Part shown: positions 1 to 13,800 of the stretch, piece by piece | Layout: each line of letters starts with the position of its first letter | Position numbering within the stretch: the stretch's first letter is position 1 | From: Yuukianura sp. NJ FZ-2021 | Lineage: Eukaryota | Reading direction: 5' to 3' | NCBI GenBank assembly: GCA_046563655.1 | Contig: CM102290.1 | Span: 9,672,001-9,736,000 of the forward strand | DNA length: 64,000 bases | Notes under the pieces: generated by a model | Databases searched by the model: none | What the model was told of the DNA's origin: nothing | Seen by the model: the letters and a program-made list of their open reading frames with translations, nothing else | Made by a program: the position numbers and the translations under genes

Positions 1-1440
1 GTCACATGTCGTGGGAATGTCCGAGCGGTAAGTTTTTTTTAGTTGTAATAAATATTAATATAGAATTTGAGTTTAATCTTGAATACTACGTTTTGTATAG
101 GAGGTTCTAACAACGGGCCACGTGTAGGAGGCGGTAAAAAGATTTGTTACAATTGCCAACAGGAAGGCCACCTTGGTCGGGAATGTCCAGAACCCAAGAA
201 CTACAACAGTAATGTTAACACAAGTATTAAAATGTGTAATTTAATGACACTAATGAAATGAAATGTACATTCTAGGCAACAGGCAGTATTCTAAACCACG
301 ACAGGACGACTGGGGAACTTCAGCTGCTACCCAGCCAAACCTCGTCGCTACGGCAACCGACGATGACTGGGATGCTCCAATGACCACTCCAGATCCCGTC
401 AATCCAAAAGCTGGTGCTGCTGCAACAGATGATGACTGGGATTCGCCAGCCCCAGCGGTGTCCAGTACAGGAACTGCTCAACTTACTACATCAACACCTT
501 CTACGTCTGTCAATGATGATGACGGCTGGGGCATGCCTACCGTTTCAACATCATCTACTCCAAATACAAGCTTTGATGGCGGTAACAGAAGCTTCAACAG
601 CAGAGGTCGCGGAAGCTTCAGTGGTGGAAGAGGGCGTGGGGGTGGTCGTGGTGGCGGGCCTGGAAGTGGACCGCGAGTTTGTTTTCGTTGTAACCAAGAA
701 GGTCATATGTCTAGGGAATGTCCGAATGGTAAGTTTTTTCGTTATAATAAATGAAATAGAAAATAGTTCAAGTCACTGTTTTGCTTTAGGAGGTTCTAAC
801 AACGGGCCCCGTGTAGGAGGTGGTAAAAAGATTTGTTACAATTGTCAACAAGAAGGCCACCTTGGTCGGGAATGTCCAGAACCCAAGAACTACAACAGTA
901 ATGTTAACACAAGTATTAAAATGTGTAATTTAATGACACTAATGAAATGAAATGTACATTCTAGGCAACAGGCAGTATTCTAAACCACGACAGGACGACT
1001 GGGGAACTTCAGCTGCTACCCAGTCAAACCTCGTCGCTACGGCCACCGACGATGACTGGGATGCTCCAATGACCACTCCAGATCCCGTCAAGCCAAAAGC
1101 TGATGCTGCTGCAACAGATGATGACTGGGATACCCCAGCAACCACTCCAACTCCTGCTAAGACAAAAGCAGCCAATGCTGCTGCAACAGGCGATGATGAC
1201 TGGGATTCGCCAGTCCCAGCGGTGTCCAGTACAGGAGCTGCTCAACTTACTACATCAACACCTTCTACGTCTGTCAATGATGATGACGGCTGGGGCATGC
1301 CTACCGTTTCACCTTCATCTACTCCAAATACAAGCTTTGATGGCGGTAACAGAAGCTTCAACGGCAGAGGCCGCGGAAGCTTCAGTGAAGGAAGAGGTCG
1401 TGGGGGAGGTCGTGGCGGCGGCCCTGGAAGTGGACCATGA
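1..1440 (+). CDS. CCHC zinc-knuckle / RGG / acidic-Trp (DDW, WG) repeat protein, 5'-partial; ends at a TGA that looks premature
   Basis: Exons 1-27, 101-208, 276-728, 790-897, 965-1440 with GT..AG introns in consistent phase 1. Knuckles CYNCQQEGHLGREC and CFRCNQEGHMSREC, RGG tracts, repeated DDDW/DDGWG motifs. Confidence 0.75.
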
Positions 1441-1492
1441 GTTTGTTTTCGTTGTAACAAGGAAGATCACATGTCCTGGGAATGTCCGGAAG
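101..1492 (+). repeat. Tandem duplication of a two-exon/two-intron module, period 689 bp
   Basis: 101-728 recurs near-identically from 790, including intron 209-275 = 898-964. The second copy has an extra DDDW-containing segment. The window start carries the tail of an earlier copy. Confidence 0.9.
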
Positions 1493-1869
1493 GTAACTTG
1501 TTTCGTTTTAAAAGATAAAATGACAGTTAAGGTAACCCAATAAGTTGTATATTTATTTACTTGCATTTACCCCAATAAGTGCATAGTTCGTTGTACTACA
1601 CTAAAATAGCTAAGGTTTTTAGTTTCTAAAAATGAATTCCCATTAAGTTAAATGGCACTAGATCCAGAAGATTTGGAAATGAATTATTTAAGGATAAGAA
1701 TGTGTTGGACTTGAGTAGTTTTGTTGTCCTCCATCCAAGGGGGCTGTGTTTGCTCTACGGTGGAATTATAAATAGGCTTGTTCCAGGGCTTCTGCCCGGT
1801 CGATCGAGCAATCGAACGGTCGAGGAGGGAAAAACTTTTTAAAAATTACTTATAGGAGTTGGGGAACGA

Positions 1870-4800
1870 TTATCTTGATGAAATGGCTTCTATCATCTTC
1901 CTCAACATAGGCTCAGGCTGACATTCCCTTGGGTCACACTCCATCATACCCCCACTCCCACACCTATGAAACAAAACGTAAAATTAGTTTTTATAAGGCT
2001 CTCTGACATAATACCTTAATGATCTGATTCTTAACATTTGACAATGGGTGTAATTAGGATGAATTGTTGTTATATTACTTGTTAATATATAATTAAACAT
2101 GTAAAATATTCATGTAAATATGTAATGCCTAATATTTTGTTGTATTGATGTAGTACCTGCACTCTAAACAAGGTCCTGATGTCGCCGTAATGAGCTGCCC
2201 AGCATCGTAGTATTCTCCCTGGATTTCACATCCTGGACCTCCACCTCCTAAGTTTGACCCCTGATTCCCTCCCACGGTGCTGCTCTGATTGGTCAGAAGA
2301 TGCGGATGGGTGTAGTATGATGGTGGAGCGTCAGATGGACTGCTAGTGTTATTACTTCCGACGGGGCATTCGTATCTTGGACAACAGAATCCAGGAATTG
2401 GTTCTTCGTAGCAGCCGGGTATTGGTGGTGGACAGCTCTGTTGGAGACAGATGATGTCACCGCGGAAGCAGAAGCAGAAGTCACATGGATCATCGCGTGG
2501 AATTTGTTGCGCAGACATGTACACGCGAGAGTCAAAGAGACAGGCTCCGTTGGACACGGCTGGTGCACTAGTTGTGGTACTGGAACCTCCTACTGGATAT
2601 GGCCAAGGAGCTGGAGATGGTGTTACTGTTGTTGTAGTCGTTACAGGGTACAGAGATTGTTTCGGTGGCTGTTCCGTACTTGTCACATTCTTGTGCTCTT
2701 CTACGATTGGTTGAGGCGGGAGTGACGTCACTTTTGGTTGACTCGCCTCACTTGTGCTTTGTGGTTCTACGGAATGGACAGTTGTGGCTTCCGGCGTTAT
2801 TTCTTCGGAGGGTGTAACTGGAACGGCTGAAGAGACGACATGAGCGGATGGAGATGTGGTTGTCTCGGATGGTACAACGGTTTCGTTTCCATGTGGCTGT
2901 ACGGTCGCGTTCGCGGATTCGATTCCAGGTAAAGTTGTGGCCGTTTCTTTAACAATTGATGATGGTGTGGTTTCATTTTCAGGAACAGTAGTGATTCCTT
3001 GAACTGGTGACGTTGTTGCTGCTTCAGGAACTGGCGACGTTGTCACTACTTCGGGAATAGACGACGTTGTTACCGCACTGTGTTCAGGTGGAGACGAAGC
3101 ACCTTCAGATACTGCAGGAGATGACGTCGTCGTTTCGTTTTGTGAGGCAAGAGTTCCTTGCACAGGCGTAACTGGTCCACTGGAAGGAGACGAGGCAACC
3201 GGTTCTTGTTTTTCTGTCGTAGTTTCATGTATGGATTCAGGCTGTTGCGTCGTTTCACCGGCTGGAGCGTGATGTTCGACATCGTCGTGAGCAGGGATTG
3301 GTTGGACAGAAGACGTTTCTTCTCCCTTTCGTCTTTCTGCTTCCGTCGTAGTTACTTGGACTTCTGGAATTGAGCTTTCAGTGCCACCGACTCCTGGAAT
3401 AACTGGAACGACGTGTGGCTCTTTCGTAGTGATCTCGGGGGAAATCGGTTGTGCCGTAGTTACTCCTGCCATTTGACTCTGACTACCGTTCATGCTGGCT
3501 TCTTTTGGAAGTTCCGTAACCTCATGTTCTGGATGTGTTGTCGATCCAATTTTCTCTACGGATTCAACAGTAGTTTGCTCCATAAGTTCTGGACTAGGAG
3601 GAACGGATGACGGTGACGCTGTTTCTACAGTTGTTTGCGTCTCTTCCGAACTAGTTTTGCTTGGTGTTGTTTCACCCTCTCCGCTTGATGGCGTAACACT
3701 TTTCTCTGTGGTTGACGTCTGCGCTTCTGGCGTGATCGTTACGTATTCTGGTCGTTTGTCTCGAATCGATTCTGGTGTGACAAGAACCACTGGACGAGGA
3801 GTCGTGTCTTCTACAAAAAACAAAACAAAAAAAAATTATATGCTAGTATATGATTTATTTTATTTCAAGGTCGAAGTCAATTTGACGAAAACCTTGATGT
3901 TCGATTTCAATATTTGTTAAAATTTGTCATGTTGTTTAATAGTTTTTCGTGAAGAGATTACCTTTCTATCGTTCTCCGTTTTCGAGATATTAATTTTCAA
4001 AATATTATTTTAATTTTCAAAAACTTTGAAAATTCATAACTCAGGAACGGAACGCGATAGAGAGGTAAACTCTTCGCCGCTGAATTCACAAAAATATGTA
4101 GTATTTTAAAAAAATTTAAAAAGGTACCCTCAGATTTTGACCAAATTTCAAAAAAACCATGGACTATTATAGTCCATGGTTTTTTTCAAAATTTGACGAA
4201 AAACTTGATGTTCCATTTTGGAGTTTTCAATATTTCTAAAATTTCTTCATCTGTTTTGAAGGTTTTTCGTGAAGAGATTAGATCTCTATCGCTTTCCGTT
4301 CACGAGATATAAAATTTTAAAATTTCATTTTAATTTTCAAAAACTTGGAAAATTCATATCTCGGGAACGAAAGGTGATAGAGAGGTAAACTCTTCGCCGC
4401 TGAATTCACAAAAATATATAGTATTTTTAAAAATTTTAAAAAGGTACCCTCAGATTTTGACCAAATTTCACAAAAAACCATGGACTATAGTCCATGGTTT
4501 TTTTCAAAAATTTGACGAAAAACTTGATGTTCCATTTTGGAGTTTTCAATTATTTCTAAAATTTCTTCATCTGTTTTGAAGGTTTTTCGTGAAGAGATTA
4601 GATCTCTATCGCTTTCCGTTCACGAGATATAAAATTTTAAAATTTCATTTTAATTTTCAAAAACTTGGAAAATTCATATCTCAGGAACGAAAGGTGGTAG
4701 AGAGGTAAACTCTTCGCCGCTGAATTCACAAAAATATGTAGTATTTTTAGAAATTTTAAAAAGATACCCTCAGATTTTCACCAAATTTCACAAAAAACCA

Positions 4801-7800
4801 TGGACTATATATAGTCCATGGTTTTTTTCAAAATTTGACGAAAAACTTGATGTTCCATTTTGGAGTTTTCAATATTTCTAAAATTTCTTCATCTGTTTTG
4901 AAGGTTTTTCGTGAAGAGATTAGATCTCTATCGCTTTCCGTTCACGAGATATAAAATTTTAAAATTTCATTTTAATTTTCAAAAACTTGGAAAATTCATA
5001 TCTCAGGAACGAAAGGTGGTAGAGAGGTAAACTCTTCGCGCCTGAATTCACAAAAATATGTAGTATTTTTAGAAATTTTAAAAAGGTACCCTCAGATTTT
5101 CACCAAATTTCACAAAAAACCATGGACTATAGTCCATGGTTTTTTTCAAAATTTGACGAAAAACTTGATGTTCCATTTTGGAGTTTTCAATATTTCTAAA
5201 ATTTCTTCATCTGTTTTGAAGGTTTTTCGTGAAGAGATTAGATCTCTATCGCTTTCCGTTCACGAGATATAAAATTTTAAAATTTCATTTTAATTTTCAA
5301 AAACTTGGAAAATTCATATCTCAGGAACGAAAGGTGGTAGAGAGGTAAACTCTTCGCCCCTGAATTCACAAAAATATGTAGTATTTTTAGAAATTTTAAA
5401 AAGATACCCTCAGATTTTCACCAAATTTCACAAAAAACCATGGACTATAGTCCATGGTTTTTTTTCAAAATTTGACGAAAAACTTGATGTTCCATTTTGG
5501 AGTTTTCAATATTTCTAAAATTTCTTCATCTGTTTTGAAGGTTTTTCGTGAAGCGATTAGATCTCTATTGCTTTCCGTTCACGAGATATAAAATTTTAAA
5601 ATTTCATTTTCATTTTCAAAAACTTGGAAAATTCATATCTCGGGATCGGAAAGCGATAAAGAGGTAAACTCTTCGCCGCTGAATTCACAAAAATATATAG
5701 TATTTTTAAAAATTTTAAAAAGGTACCCTCAGATTTTGACCAAATTTCACAAAAAACCATGGACTATAGTCCATGGTTTTTTTCAAAAATTTGACGAAAA
5801 ACTTGATGTTCCATTTTGGAGTTTTCAATATTACTAAAAATTCTTCATATCTTTTGAAAGTTTTTCGTGAAGAGATTAGATCTCTATCGCTTTCCGTTCA
5901 CGAGATATAAAATTTTAAAATATTATTTTAATTTTCAAAAACTTTGAAAATTCATAACTCAGGAACGGAACGCGATAGAGAGGTAAACTCTTCGCCGCTG
6001 AATTCACAAAAATATGTAGTATTTTAAAAAAATTTAAAAAGGTACCCTCAGATTTTGACCAAATTTCAAAAAAACCATGGACTATTATAGTCCATGGTTT
6101 TTTTCAAAATTTGACGAAAAACTTGATGTTCCATTTTGGAGTTTTCAATATTTCTAAAATTTCTTCATCTGTTTTGAAGGTTTTTCGTGAAGAGATTAGA
6201 TCTCTATCGCTTTCCGTTCACGAGATATAAAATTTTAAAATTTCATTTTAATTTTCAAAAACTTGGAAAATTCATATCTCAGGAACGAAAGGTGGTAGAG
6301 AGGTAAACTCTTCGCGCCTGAATTCACAAAAATATGTAGTATTTTTAGAAATTTTAAAAAGGTACCCTCAGATTTTCACCAAATTTCACAAAAAACCATG
6401 GACTATAGTCCATGGTTTTTTTCAAAATTTGACGAAAAACTTGATGTTCCATTTTGGAGTTTTCAATATTTCTAAAATTTCTTCATCTGTTTTGAAGGTT
6501 TTTCGTGAAGAGATTAGATCTCTATCGCTTTCCGTTCACGAGATATAAAATTTTAAAATTTCATTTTAATTTTCAAAAACTTGGAAAATTCATATCTCAG
6601 GAACGAAAGGTGGTAGAGAGGTAAACTCTTCGCCCCTGAATTCACAAAAATATGTAGTATTTTTAGAAATTTTAAAAAGATACCCTCAGATTTTCACCAA
6701 ATTTCACAAAAAACCATGGACTATAGTCCATGGTTCAAAATTTGACGAAAAACTTGATGTTCCATTTTGGAGTTTTCAATATTTCTAAAATTTCTTCATC
6801 TGTTTTGAAGGTTTTTCGTGAAGCGATTAGATCTCTATTGCTTTCCGTTCACGAGATATAAAATTTTAAAATTTCATTTTCATTTTCAAAAACTTGGAAA
6901 ATTCATATCTCGGGATCGGAAAGCGATAAAGAGGTAAACTCTTCGCCGCTGAATTCACAAAAATATATAGTATTTTTAAAAATTTTAAAAAGGTACCCTC
7001 AGATTTTGACCAAATTTCACAAAAAACCATGGACTATAGTCCATGGTTTTTTTCAAAAATTTGACGAAAAACTTGATGTTCCATTTTGGAGTTTTCAATA
7101 TTACTAAAAATTCTTCATATCTTTTGAAAGTTTTTCGTGAAGAGATTAGATCTCTATCGCTTTCCGTTCACGAGATATAAAATTTTAAAATTTCATTTTA
7201 ATTTTCAAAAACTTGGAAAATTCATATCTCGGGATCGGAAAGCGATAAAGAGGTAAACTCTTCGCCGCTGAATTCACAAAAATATATAGTATTTTTAAAA
7301 ATTTTAAAAAGGTACCCTCAGATTTTGACCAAATTTCACAAAAAACCATGGACTATAGTCCATGGTTTTTTTCAAAATTTGACGAAAAACTTGATGTTCC
7401 ATTTTGGAGTTTTCAATTATTTCTAAAATTTCTTCATCTGTTTTGAAGGTTTTTCGTGAAGAGATTAGATCTCTATCGCTTTCCGTTCACGAGATATAAA
7501 ATTTTAAAATTTCATTTTAATTTTCAAAAACTTGGAAAATTCATATCTCAGGAACGAAAGGTGGTAGAGAGGTAAACTCTTCGCCCCTGAATTCACAAAA
7601 ATATGTAGTATTTTTAGAAATTTTAAAAAGATACCCTCAGATTTTCACCAAATTTCACAAAAAACCATGGACTATATATAGTCCATGGTTTTTTTCAAAA
7701 TTTGACGAAAAACTTGATGTTCCATTTTGGAGTTTTCAATATTTCTAAAATTTCTTCATCTGTTTTGAAGGTTTTTCGTGAAGAGATTAGATCTCTATCG

Positions 7801-10800
7801 CTTTCCGTTCACGAGATATAAAATTTTAAAATTTCATTTTAATTTTCAAAAACTTGGAAAATTCATATCTCAGGAACGAAAGGTGGTAGAGAGGTAAACT
7901 CTTCGCCCCTGAATTCACAAAAATATGTAGTATTTTTAGAAATTTTAAAAAGATACCCTCAGATTTTCACCAAATTTCACAAAAAACCATGGACTATAGT
8001 CCATGGTTTTTTTCAAAATTTGACGAAAAACTTGATGTTCCATTTTGGAGTTTTCAATATTTCTAAAATTTCTTCATCTGTTTTGAAGGTTTTTCGTGAA
8101 GAGATTAGATCTCTATCGATTTCCGTTCACGAGATATAAAATTTTAAAATTTCATTTTAATTTTCAAAAACTTGGAAAATTCATATCTCGGGATCGGAAA
8201 GCGATAAAGAGGTAAACTCTTCGCCGCTGAATTCACAAAAATATATAGTATTTTTAAAAATTTTAAAAAGGTACCCTCAGATTTTGACCAAATTTCACAA
8301 AAAAACCATGGACTATAGTCCACGGTTTTTTTTCAAAATTTGACGAAAAACTTGAAGTTCCATTTTGGAGTTTTCAATATTACTAAAAATTCTTCATATT
8401 TTTTGAAAGTTTTTCGTGAAGAGATTAGATCTCTATCGCTTTCCGTTCACGAGATATAAAATTTTAAAATTTCATTTTCATTTTCAAAAACTTGGAAAAT
8501 TCATATCTCGGGAACGGAGAGCGATAAAGAGGTAAACTCTTCGCCGCTGAATTCACAAAAATATTTAGTATTTTAAAAAAATTTAAAAAGGTACCCTCAG
8601 ATTTTGACGAAATTTCACATGGTTTTTTTCAAAATTTGACAAAAAACTTGATGTTCCATTTTGGAGTTTTCAATATTACTAAAAATTCTTCATATTTTTT
8701 GAAAGTTTTTCGTGAAGAGATTAGATCTCTATCGCTTTCCGTTCACGAGATATAAAATTTTAAAATTTCATTTTAATTTTCAAAAACTTGGAAAATTCAT
8801 ATCTCGGGAACGAAAGGTGATAGAGAGGTAAACTCTTCGCCGCTGAATTCACAAAAATATGTAGTATTTTAAGAAATTTTAAAAAGATACCCTCAGATTT
8901 TGATCAAATTTCACAAAAAACCATGTTTTTTTATTCAAGATTTGACGAAAAACTTGATGCTCGATTTTAGACTTTTCAATATTTGTTAAAATTTGTCATG
9001 TTTTTTGAAAGTTTTTCGCGAAGAGAGAGAGAGGGGAAGATCATCCTACCACCCAAAATTTGCCAAAATTTTAGCAACCTCAAAATTTCATCAATTAAAA
9101 AAAAACGAAATTTTTCCCAACCACTATAGTTTGCCACTATTTAGCTGAAATATATATTTTTAAAGCCATTTGTTTTCTTAAATCGAAAAGCAACTTTGTA
9201 ATTCCGAAAGAAAAGAACGTTTTCGCACTTTACTCGTTTACATTTACAGTTTACATCTGTAGTATTGAACACATATTTTCCGTAACATGTTAGGCAAGGT
9301 AATATTAATACAAGGTAAGGTTAAGGTAAGGTAGTATTAGGTCAGGTACGTTAGATTGATTAGTTCTGATACGAAAAACATGTTCTTTTTAAGCGGCTTT
9401 GAAAATTTCTTTTTGTACAATTTCTTTACACCATCCATTTCAAAAACTAGAATTACCTTGGGTACAATTGTAAGTTGGACAGCATGTGTCCTGCTTGTAA
9501 ATGGCTTTACATCGGTCTACTCCATTTGGTGAAAGTGGAGCCGCCGGACAATGGACCAAAAGGCAGTGGACGATACTGTTTTGACATGCGCAGGCAAGTT
9601 GACAAGGCGTTGACGGTGGAATGCGAGAGCCGTTTCGGTAAGTAACTCCCTCTACGAAACAACTTCCTTCTCCTGGAACTCGACTGGATGGCGTTGACTC
9701 TTCAGCGGTTTCGGGTGTGGCAGGACTCTCTTCGGAAACTTCCGTGGAAGGACCAGCGACGATACTTTCTGGACGAGTAGTCGTTTCTCCTACACCTTCA
9801 ATTCTTACTGTTGTAGACGCTCCTTTGAGTTCCTCGGATTCCTTCGACTCGGAAGATGGAGTTGTCACTGGAGCGGAAGTTCCAGCCTCTTCGGAATGTG
9901 ATGTTTCATGCGACACTGATGACGTTTCCTCGGTAGAGCTCAATTCGCCTTCTTTTTCAATCGGTTGTGGTGATTCGTGTTTTGGAGCTTCCGTTTCAGC
10001 TTCATCTGACTGTGGGATTGGTGATGTAGCAGAAACGGTTTCTTCGGAAGATGCTTCTTTTACCGGTAGTGAAGTAGTGCCTTCTTGTGGTACAGCTGGC
10101 AACGTTGTAACGCCTTCTTGTGCCGACGAAGTGGCATTCTCAGCTGAAACTGGTGATGCTGTAACCTCTTCTTGTGGTGAAACTGACGATGACGTTACAT
10201 TTTCAGCGGAAACTGGCGACGACGTGACATTACTTGATGCTGTTACATTTTCAGGGGCTGCCGGTGAAACTTTGATACCTTCAGCTGGTCCAGGCGAGGT
10301 GGTGGTTCCTGCTTCTTCAGATTCAGAAGCCGTTGACGTGTGAGCGACATGTTCGGGGTACAATGTTACCATCTCGTTGCCCATTTCTGGTCTGGCGGTG
10401 GTTCCTGTAGTCGGTTCAGTGTGTTCCGGAGTTTGTGCCTTAGGGTGCTCAGTCACAGAAGGCTCAGATGATGCTGAAACATGTTCAGGCTTCGTCGTTG
10501 GAATTTCCGTAACATGTTCAGTTGGTAACGGAACTCCACTTTCCGTTGTCACATGCTTCTGAGCCTCTGATTCGCTAACATTCGTCTCTGGTTTCTTAGA
10601 AGTTTCAGTAAACTCGGAAGGGCTGGGCGTTGTCACTGTTGACTCGAGTTCGCCAGGCGATACTGGTGGTACTGTGCGCTCTCCGGATGATGATTCTGTT
10701 TGAACAGTCGGTTGTTCCACTTCTCTTGGACCGCTGGTCGTAGCTTCGGGCCGTTCAGAATGACTCGAAACTGTGGTTGCTCCCTCTGGTTCGCTCGGAA

Positions 10801-13800
10801 CTGGACTATGAGCCTTTGGTGGTTGAGCAGTAGGGATTCCTTCAGTGACTTGCTCCGTCTGCGATTCCGTTACAACGGTGACAGGTCGTGGTGGGGCCGC
10901 CATTATGTTTTCTGGTCCCGCCTTGTGTTCCACTGGTGGCTGAGAAGTTGATCCTTCCGTTACGTTTCCTGGAGCTTCAGTTCCCGTGCTCATCTGACTT
11001 TCAACTTCTGGCCTTTGCGTAGTTCCCATTTCACCTTCTACAACTTCCGTTGTAGTTGTAACTGGAGGGTGGACTTTTGACGAGGGAGTGGATGTCGTGA
11101 GGTGGGGCTCAGAGGGTGCGTGGGTAACCCCTTCTCCAGTTTGTTCTGTGGTGACATGATGTCCTTGACCTTCACGGTCATCAGCCAAAGCACTCTCCGT
11201 AGCTTCTGATGTAACAGCAGTTGGAAGAGTGTGAGATGGTTGTGTTGTGACTTTAGGCTGTTCCGCCAAAGATTCTGGAGTTGTCGGTTTTGTGATTTCT
11301 TCCGGAACAGCAGTCTCTGTCGCTGATGGAATTAAAGTTGTTGCTTTCCCAATTTCTTGTGGCTGAGAAGTTTCTGCAGCTGATGGAATGGAAGTTGGTT
11401 TCCCAAGCTCTTCCGGAATCGATGTTTCTGTTGCCGATGGATGAACGGTTGTCTGTTTTCTGATTTCTTCTGAAGAAGTTTCAGTTGCCGAGGGATGTAA
11501 TGTGGTTGGAATTCCAACTTCTTCAGGAACCGAAGTTTCTGAGACTGATGGAACAGTGGTAACTGGTTTCCGAACTCCTTCTGGAATTGATGTTTCTGTG
11601 GCGGATGGCTGAAGAGTAGTCGGCTTTCCGAGTTCTTCTGGAATAGAAGTTTCAGTTGCTGATGGATGTGTAGTTGTTGGTTTTCCGACTTCTCCTGAAA
11701 CTGAACCTTCCGAAACTGAAGGAGCAAGAGTGGTTGTTTTCGCAGCTTCTTCCGGAATAGAAGTAGTTTCTGAAACTGTCGGAACTACGGTAACCGGTTT
11801 CCGCACTCCTTCTGGGACCGATGTTTCTGTAGCAGATGGATGTAAAGTTGTCGGTTGTCCGAGTTCTTCCGGAAGAGAAGTTTCTGTTGCCGACGGCAGC
11901 AACGTGGTCGGTTTTCGAGTTTCTCCAGGAGCAGAAGCTTCTGAGACCGCTGGAATCAGAGTTGTGGGCTTCACGATTTCATCTGGAAGTGAAGTAAAGG
12001 CAGTGGGTGGAGCTAGAGTTGTTGGCTTTCCAATTTCGTCTGGCCGAGAGGTTTCCGTTGCCGATGGATGTAGAGTCGTAGGTTTTCGGACATCATCGGG
12101 AAGGTCAGTCTGTGCCACATGTGGAGCTGTAGTTGTCGGTATTCCGACTTCTTCTGGTTGAGATGTTTCAGTTGCCGATGGATGTAACGTAGTTGGTTTT
12201 CCAGCTTCTTCTGGAACTGAAGTTTCTGAGACTGTTGGAGTAACCGTAACTGGTTTCCCAACTTTTTCTGGAACCGATGTTTCTGTAGCAGATGGATGCA
12301 AAGTTGTCGGTTGTCCGAGTTCTTCCGGAAGTGAAGTTTCAGTTGCCGATGGCTGAAGAGTTGTTGGTTTTCTAATTTCTCCAGGGACGGAAGGAACCGT
12401 AGTTGTTGGTTTGCCAATTTCTTCAGTAGCCGATGTTTCTGTTGCAGATGGAATTACTGTTGTGGGTTGATGGATTCCTTCTGAAGCGGAAGTTTCGTTT
12501 GCTGCAGGGTGTGATACCAGTGGTTCCGCAGTGGTGGGTTTTCCAATTTCTTCAGGCGGAATCACAGTTTCAGTTGGACCTTCTTTGACTACTCCAGGAT
12601 GAGAAGTTGTGATTGGTTCGTTGGTGGATGCTGGAGTAGTTTCTCCACTAACTGGAGCTGATTCGGTTACATTCTCTTGTCCTTCTTTCGGTTCCACAGA
12701 GGCTGGACGTTCTGAACTTGACGGAGCAACAGTTTCAGGTAGTTCGTGAATTGGTTCTGGTTTGTATGTGGTGGTACCAAGAGCCTGGATAACCATTCTG
12801 GTTGTCGTTCCTTCGGCGTGAAGCGATTCGCTTGGTTCTGTCGTTTCGTGTTCTTCAACCTTCTCCGTCGAAACCGGCGGGATTTTGGAAATTGACGCAG
12901 GAATTGTTCTCAGCGTAGTCGTCTCTCCTTCACTTTCTGTCACTGCAATGGAGCTAGGAGTTTGTATTAAAACTGATTTGATTGTTGTTGTCGTAATGGT
13001 TTCAATTCCCGTTGTTCCATTAGCTAAAAAAAAGAACGAAATATTAAGAAATTAATTATTCGATTAATCAATAATTTCCTTTTGCAGATAGCCTTTTGAA
13101 ATCTAATACTAAAACGGTTCCATTAAGCACAATATTTTTGCCGTGTTCACAAATTACGTAACATGCTGTTTTAGGAGGGTCAAACCAAATGTGACAGAAA
13201 AGTATTTGGTTAAATTACAAATTCAAATCAGTGTTGAAAAACGAAGAAAACAGCGAGGATTGTGCTTATATTTAAAAAAAAATTGAGAAGAGTGTTTGGT
13301 TACGTAATTTTTGAACACCCGCGCTAATTAGTTTCAAGTTCATAAAAGTTAGTTACAGTCACAGACAAAGAGGAAGAAGAAGAGCGTTTTCCTAAAAGTG
13401 TATTACCATGCATAAATGGTGTCTACTACGGTGTACAATACAATACGTAAAAATTTACTACTACTAAAATCGTTAGTACAATCAAAAAATCTTTTTGAAA
13501 ATTTCTGAAAATTGAAAATTTACCGCTCATCTCCATTTTAAACATTCGATCTTGTCTTGCAGGATCTAGAAAAGTCGTAATGTTGTAAAGTTGAAAAGAC
13601 AGAAGAGAAGAAGAAGGATGTTGTCGAAGAAAAAAGAAAGAAAAAAATTATAGTTCGAAAACTTAAATCACGATTTAGAAGAAAAAAAATTATAAGCAAA
13701 GAAATTAAAAAAAATACAAAACGTGTAGAAATGTTTATGAATAAAACATTTAATACTTACGGCAAGTATATTTCTCAGGACAGCAGAGACCAGTTCGTGG

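Noticed and set aside
1..1492. Calling the knuckle/RGG gene vasa
   Set aside because: No DEAD-box helicase motifs follow, and the convergent gene ends at 1870.
3890..9020. CRISPR-like regularly spaced palindromic repeat
   Set aside because: The ~290-bp intervening sequences are near-identical rather than unique spacers, there are no cas genes, and the context is a eukaryotic intron.
9717..12161. Long plus-strand ORFs (9717-10343, 11730-12161; also 3492-3920)
   Set aside because: They are antisense shadows of the low-complexity mucin exons.
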